62,788 bases of DNA from Candidatus Uhrbacteria bacterium. GTDB taxonomy: Bacteria > Patescibacteriota > Patescibacteriia > UBA9934 > GWF2-40-263. The position numbers were made by a program, and so were the translations under genes. Each line of letters begins with the position of its first letter. The stretch's first letter is position 1. Location: the NCBI GenBank assembly GCA_023246355.1, contig JAHFIQ010000006.1, forward strand, positions 1-62,788, written 5' to 3'. A model generated the notes under the pieces. It did no database searches and had not been told where the DNA came from. It saw only the letters and a program-made list of their open reading frames with translations. Of the stretch, positions 58,826 through 62,788 are shown one piece after another.

Positions 58826-60099
58826 AGAAGCACCCAAAGTCCGGCCTAAAGGCCGGATCCGGCTACGCCGGAAAAAAAAATCGTCCTCACGTACAAAAGA
58901 AAAAAGTCGTGGTGAAGCCGAAGCAGAAAAAAAAGGTTCAAGTGAAAAAAGTTCACGCCATGAAAAAGCCTGTTCATGCACCTGAGCCGAAAGTTCGTTA
59001 CAAGCGCGCAGAACCTCCATCGGAAATCGTTTTGGAAAAACTCGTTGACAAAGGCATGCGCCGCGGGTACATCACCGAAAACGAGATTCTTTTTACGTTT
59101 ACGGATCTCGAGGACTATCTGGAGGTGTTTGAAGACTTTCTCGACGAGCTGGATCGAGTCGGTGTGCACTTTGTTGAAGTCAAGGAAGGCATTTTGGGTC
59201 GTGACAAAGAGCGTGGCGACGTGTACGACAAAATTCGCGTCAGTGAGGATGCACGTCGGACCGTGCTTCCAGACATCACACAGGACTCGATCCAAATGTA
59301 CTTACGTGAGATCGGAAAAATTCCTCTGCTTACCGGTGAAATGGAAGTTGCACTTGCCAAGCGTAAGGAACGCAATGAAAAAGAAGCTGAGCGTCGGCTT
59401 ATCGAAGCCAATCTGCGCTTGGTGGTTTCGATTGCGAAAAAATTCGTGGGCAAGTCCATGTCGCTTTTGGATTTGATCCAAGAAGGCAACATTGGTTTGT
59501 TTCGCGCCGTGAAAAAATTTGAGTATCGCAAGGGTTACAAATTTTCTACCTATGCGACCTGGTGGATTCGCCAGGCAATCACCCGCGCCTTGGCTGACCA
59601 GTCTCGCACCATTCGTATTCCGGTTCACATGGTGGAGACCATCAACAAGTTTCAACAGATCGAACGTCAGCTCATCCAAGACTTGGGACGCGAGCCTCTC
59701 GCCGAGGAAATTGCCGCTGAGATGGGCCAGCCGATCGAGAAGGTTCGGCATATCAGAAAAATTTCGCAAGAGACGGTGTCTCTTGAAACGTCCGTGGGTG
59801 ATGACGACGAAGATTCCAAGCTTGAAGATTTTATCGAGGACGTGAAGACAATCTCGCCTGACCGCACGGCCGCGCGAGAACTCCTCAAGGACTACGTGAA
59901 TAAAGCTATGGAAGGTCTCACCCCGCGCGAGCAGAAAATTCTTGAAATGCGTTTTGGTCTCACCGATGGTGTCAGCCACACCCTGGAAGAAGTCGGCCGC
60001 GAGTTTGACGTCACCCGCGAACGTATCCGTCAAATCGAAGCCAAGGCGCTCGAGAAAATTCAGGCGAATCCGTTGATTGAGAAGTTAAGGGATTATTAG
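58822..60099 (+). CDS. rpoD: RNA polymerase primary sigma factor with a Lys-rich N-terminal extension
   Basis: Region 2 ([30 protein letters not shown]) and region 4 ([24 protein letters not shown]). Confidence 0.95.
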   Translation: MKKHPKSGLKAGSGYAGKKNRPHVQKKKVVVKPKQKKKVQVKKVHAMKKPVHAPEPKVRYKRAEPPSEIVLEKLVDKGMRRGYITENEILFTFTDLEDYLEVFEDFLDELDRVGVHFVEVKEGILGRDKERGDVYDKIRVSEDARRTVLPDITQDSIQMYLREIGKIPLLTGEMEVALAKRKERNEKEAERRLIEANLRLVVSIAKKFVGKSMSLLDLIQEGNIGLFRAVKKFEYRKGYKFSTYATWWIRQAITRALADQSRTIRIPVHMVETINKFQQIERQLIQDLGREPLAEEIAAEMGQPIEKVRHIRKISQETVSLETSVGDDDEDSKLEDFIEDVKTISPDRTAARELLKDYVNKAMEGLTPREQKILEMRFGLTDGVSHTLEEVGREFDVTRERIRQIEAKALEKIQANPLIEKLRDY

Positions 60100-60101
60100 C
60101 T

Positions 60102-61040
60102 ATGGAAACTCAGAGAAATCCAGAAGAACAGCGCGTCCGCGAGTTAGCAAATCGGTGGCATCGAAGTTTTGAAAAAATGAAAGAGGAATGGTTGGCTCGT
60201 CCGGAAACAACATTGGACGATCTTGTTGATTTGTATTGGGACGGATATATTCTTGGTCGAATTGCTCCTCTAGATCAGGACGAGAAGGATGCCAGAGCAA
60301 CATTGAAAAAAGATGTGTGGGCAGGAACGCGGGACGACAAAGAACTTTATGAAAGAATTCTTTACTCGATCCTAAACGGCAAAGAAGCATTGGGGAAAAA
60401 TCTTTCAGCGATTAGTCCAGGTTATGCCGCCGGTGCTGTGATGGATTCCATGCAGATTGTTTATAGAAAATTTTTGCATCAACTCCCAAAAGCAAAATAT
60501 AGGAGTGAACCCGACGTGCATTATTTTGCCGATAAGTTTGTTGAGAAAGCAAGACAGGAGTTTGTTCGTCACGGGGGTCAAGGGGACAAGCTCCTTCGGG
60601 TTGGTTCACATGGAAGGGTGGGTGACATTCTTGTAACCGTGGAGGGGATTACTCCAGACGGAAAGGTCTGGCTAGTGGCAGATAATCCAGGACGTGATTA
60701 CATGCGCCTATATGATACGATTCAGTCGCTAGATCCTGACGCTTCTGGTACAGCTATTCTGGCGAGTAAGCTTGATCTTGCATCCTTTACTAATCCAGAA
60801 TTGCCAAGCCAATTTTCTACAGAGATCCGTTTTACTTTTTCACGTCGTACCAACCATAATGTGACTCGATCAATCAGTCAGGATCTCGAAGCACATGGAA
60901 TTCCTGTACACTTGGTCGATCTACGTCCGGTTTGGGATAGACTCTTTTTAGACAAGAAAGAGGGAGATGAAGTACAGGCGAAGATTATTTTTAGCAAAGA
61001 GGATGGAATGCGTTGTGAGGTGAGCGGGACCTCGGCATAG
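60102..61040 (+). CDS. Hypothetical protein inserted between rpoD and a displaced copy of the rpoD 3' end
   Basis: 312-aa ORF starting 2 nt after the rpoD stop. No family recognised. Confidence 0.6.
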   Translation: METQRNPEEQRVRELANRWHRSFEKMKEEWLARPETTLDDLVDLYWDGYILGRIAPLDQDEKDARATLKKDVWAGTRDDKELYERILYSILNGKEALGKNLSAISPGYAAGAVMDSMQIVYRKFLHQLPKAKYRSEPDVHYFADKFVEKARQEFVRHGGQGDKLLRVGSHGRVGDILVTVEGITPDGKVWLVADNPGRDYMRLYDTIQSLDPDASGTAILASKLDLASFTNPELPSQFSTEIRFTFSRRTNHNVTRSISQDLEAHGIPVHLVDLRPVWDRLFLDKKEGDEVQAKIIFSKEDGMRCEVSGTSA

Positions 61041-61046
61041 ATGTAG

Positions 61047-61112
61047 ATCGAGGCCAAGGCTCTGGAGAAGATCCAAGCCAATCCATTGATTGAGAAGTTG
61101 AGGGATTATTAG
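61047..61112 (+). pseudogene. Orphan duplicate of the last 21 codons plus stop of rpoD
   Basis: Aligns codon for codon with 60034-60099 ([21 protein letters not shown]). There are 9 differences, all third-position and synonymous. Confidence 0.9.
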
Positions 61113-61153
61113 CGAAGTGGGGTCAGGTCTGGAATCTGGAATTTTACGTAGCA

Positions 61154-61181
61154 ATCAGGCCATCCGGCCTGATTTTGTTTT
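61154..61181 (+). terminator. Intrinsic terminator after the rpoD remnant
   Basis: TCAGGCC-atcc-GGCCTGA followed by TTTTGTTTT. Confidence 0.65.
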
Positions 61182-61381
61182 CTGGAAGGACAAAGAATGG
61201 TCAACTATTTTTCATACAGATAAAAGAAGAGAAAAGATTTGGAGAAAAAAAGAAAAAGACTCTCCGCCAAGTTGGGGCTTATGAACCCCGGCCGAAAGCC
61301 TTTTTCATATTTAAGATACTTATAGGATCACGAGTTGTCAAATGCAAATTGAAAACCTACCCGGGTGGGTAGGTGCGTGGG

Positions 61382-62536
61382 CTAGCGGCTGGTCGTATCG
61401 ACGACTCGCATGGCGAACCAGCGAGCGTCCTCATCTTTCAGCGAGCCAGGAAGTTTCTCGAAGAGGGGCTGCCTTTTTTCGTAGGTCGTGATGGCTCCGA
61501 TCGCGATGCTGATGATCGTCTGGTCGTAGGCGATCTGGATCGGACCCTCGTCTGCGGTGATCGTGATGGGCCCACGGAGCTTGCGATCCATGGCCGAGAG
61601 CACGTCGCTGGTCGTGGCCTGGCCCAGATGCTTGTGCTCCCTGCGCGAACGCGGAGGCCGAGCCAGCATCACACGATCCGTGTGGTCCAGCTGCGGCTGC
61701 AGACCCATCCACTTGGTACCGAGCTGGCGTGCGAACAGGGTCCACGTCGGCCCCTCGATCGAGACAGCTTGCTCCCTCCACACCTGGGCTGCCTCATTGA
61801 ACGAGACGAAGTGTTCACAGAGGCCGCTTTCACGGATCGCGGCGAACAGCTCCTCCCAGATCGTCAGCCCGTGATGGGAGCCGACCAGTGGCGCCTCCAG
61901 ATCGAGGAAGAAGACCAGGACGTCGTCCTTGCCATCCTTCGCGACCGCGCGGATCTCGCCGAGGAGCTTGTCCAGGTTTTCCTGGCTCTTGAAGCGCTGC
62001 CACAGGAAGAACGCGTCCTGCATGGGCTTCACGCCCAGCATCGGCACCACGATCTTGTCGTGGAAGCGGATGGCCTTGTAGCCCTCGAGCTTGGAGCCGG
62101 GTTCTACGTCACCGGTCGAGCACTCCGAGTAGAGCACGGTCTGACCCGGGAGAGCGAACAGGATCTGTTCACCTTCGGGCAGGATGTCCGTACGTGGAAT
62201 GTCGAACTCGGGCGTGAAGTAGCCAGGCACGTTGCCGACCACACGACCCTCGTTCAGGAGGTACCTCGCGTGTTCGCTCAGCCTCGGGTGCTTCTCGAAG
62301 CGGGAGGGGAGGAAGTGGTTGCCAGGGGCAGAGAGCAGCTCGATCCCAGCGAACGCCTTCTCGTCGACGCCGAACATGTCCAGGTCGTCGCGTTGGAACG
62401 AGACGGAGACAGGGAATCCGGCGGTCTTCAGGACCTTGTGCCAGTCCCAGAATCCGAGGATGTACTCACGCCGCCTCTTGGCCTGGACGTTGCTATGCCG
62501 GGTATTGCCCGGTAGGTACAGATGAATCCGACTCAC
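61382..62536 (-). CDS. Hypothetical protein, GC3-rich, GTG start with SD
   Basis: GAGGT-caac-GTG start. Very strong GC3 bias on this strand. Downstream hairpin CCTACCCACCCGGGTAGG plus a T-run. The weak LDLEAPLVG / IWEELF similarity to GH57-like or deacetylase-like folds is speculative. Confidence 0.6.
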   Translation of the reverse strand: MSRIHLYLPGNTRHSNVQAKRRREYILGFWDWHKVLKTAGFPVSVSFQRDDLDMFGVDEKAFAGIELLSAPGNHFLPSRFEKHPRLSEHARYLLNEGRVVGNVPGYFTPEFDIPRTDILPEGEQILFALPGQTVLYSECSTGDVEPGSKLEGYKAIRFHDKIVVPMLGVKPMQDAFFLWQRFKSQENLDKLLGEIRAVAKDGKDDVLVFFLDLEAPLVGSHHGLTIWEELFAAIRESGLCEHFVSFNEAAQVWREQAVSIEGPTWTLFARQLGTKWMGLQPQLDHTDRVMLARPPRSRREHKHLGQATTSDVLSAMDRKLRGPITITADEGPIQIAYDQTIISIAIGAITTYEKRQPLFEKLPGSLKDEDARWFAMRVVDTTSR

Positions 62537-62788
62537 GTTGACCTCTGCCTACGGCTGTTCGTAGGCGAACGATTGATTGAGACATGCGTCCCAAGTCACC
62601 CAGGTTATTCCAGGCGACGCTTGATAATAGGTCAATTCGGCCAAAAAGTCAATGGTTTGGTTGACAACCCGAATTCTATACATATTGCCCCACCCCCTGG
62701 AATGAGCCGGATTTCCTTGAGAATATGGCTCGTATGCGTCGACTCACATTCCTTGAGAGGCAGATCATTGAATTGTTACTAGCCAGGA

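Noticed and set aside
61373-62515. 380-aa + strand ORF mirroring the minus-strand ORF 61382..62536
   Set aside because: Its Arg/Asp/Leu-rich composition is typical of an antisense frame in GC-rich DNA. The minus-strand frame has strong GC3 bias, an SD plus GTG start, and a downstream terminator hairpin.

Overview
This 62.8-kb window looks like a small-genome, Patescibacteria/CPR-type bacterium. That is an inference from gene content, compact overlapping genes and mostly Shine-Dalgarno (SD)-poor starts. Most of it is housekeeping: ftsEX, murI, a copper cluster (copA plus cupredoxin proteins), uvrB/uvrA/uvrC, mraZ-rsmH-ftsL, an ECF sigma module, cysS, dnaX, dus, VKOR/thioredoxin, lepA, recJ, rnhA, pilM-pilin-pilD, ligA, gatCA, lgt and dnaG-rpoD. 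There are four tRNAs: Gly-CCC, Gln-UUG, Gln-CUG and Ser-GGA. I saw no rRNA, CRISPR array, transposase, integrase or reverse transcriptase.

The unusual content is non-coding and mosaic:
1. Two paralogous ~0.5-kb promoter-to-terminator structured-RNA loci flank a GC-rich, SD-bearing ORF just upstream of lepA.
2. Related repeat modules upstream of both tRNA-Gln genes reiterate the tRNA 5' end.
3. A ~33-nt G/C-palindromic mini-insert sits in frame and in sense orientation inside copA, uvrA, uvrC and a rimK-like gene.
4. A TCCACCT tandem element occurs in frame in several genes and forms near-identical leaders of ftsE and lgt.
5. The last 66 nt of rpoD are duplicated, with only synonymous differences, around a single inserted ORF.
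6. Several GC3-rich genes with strong SDs are scattered among the core genes.

A TraD/VirD4-like ATPase operon and a type IV pilus locus are also present. All functional calls rest on motif recognition by eye; no searches or computations were run.
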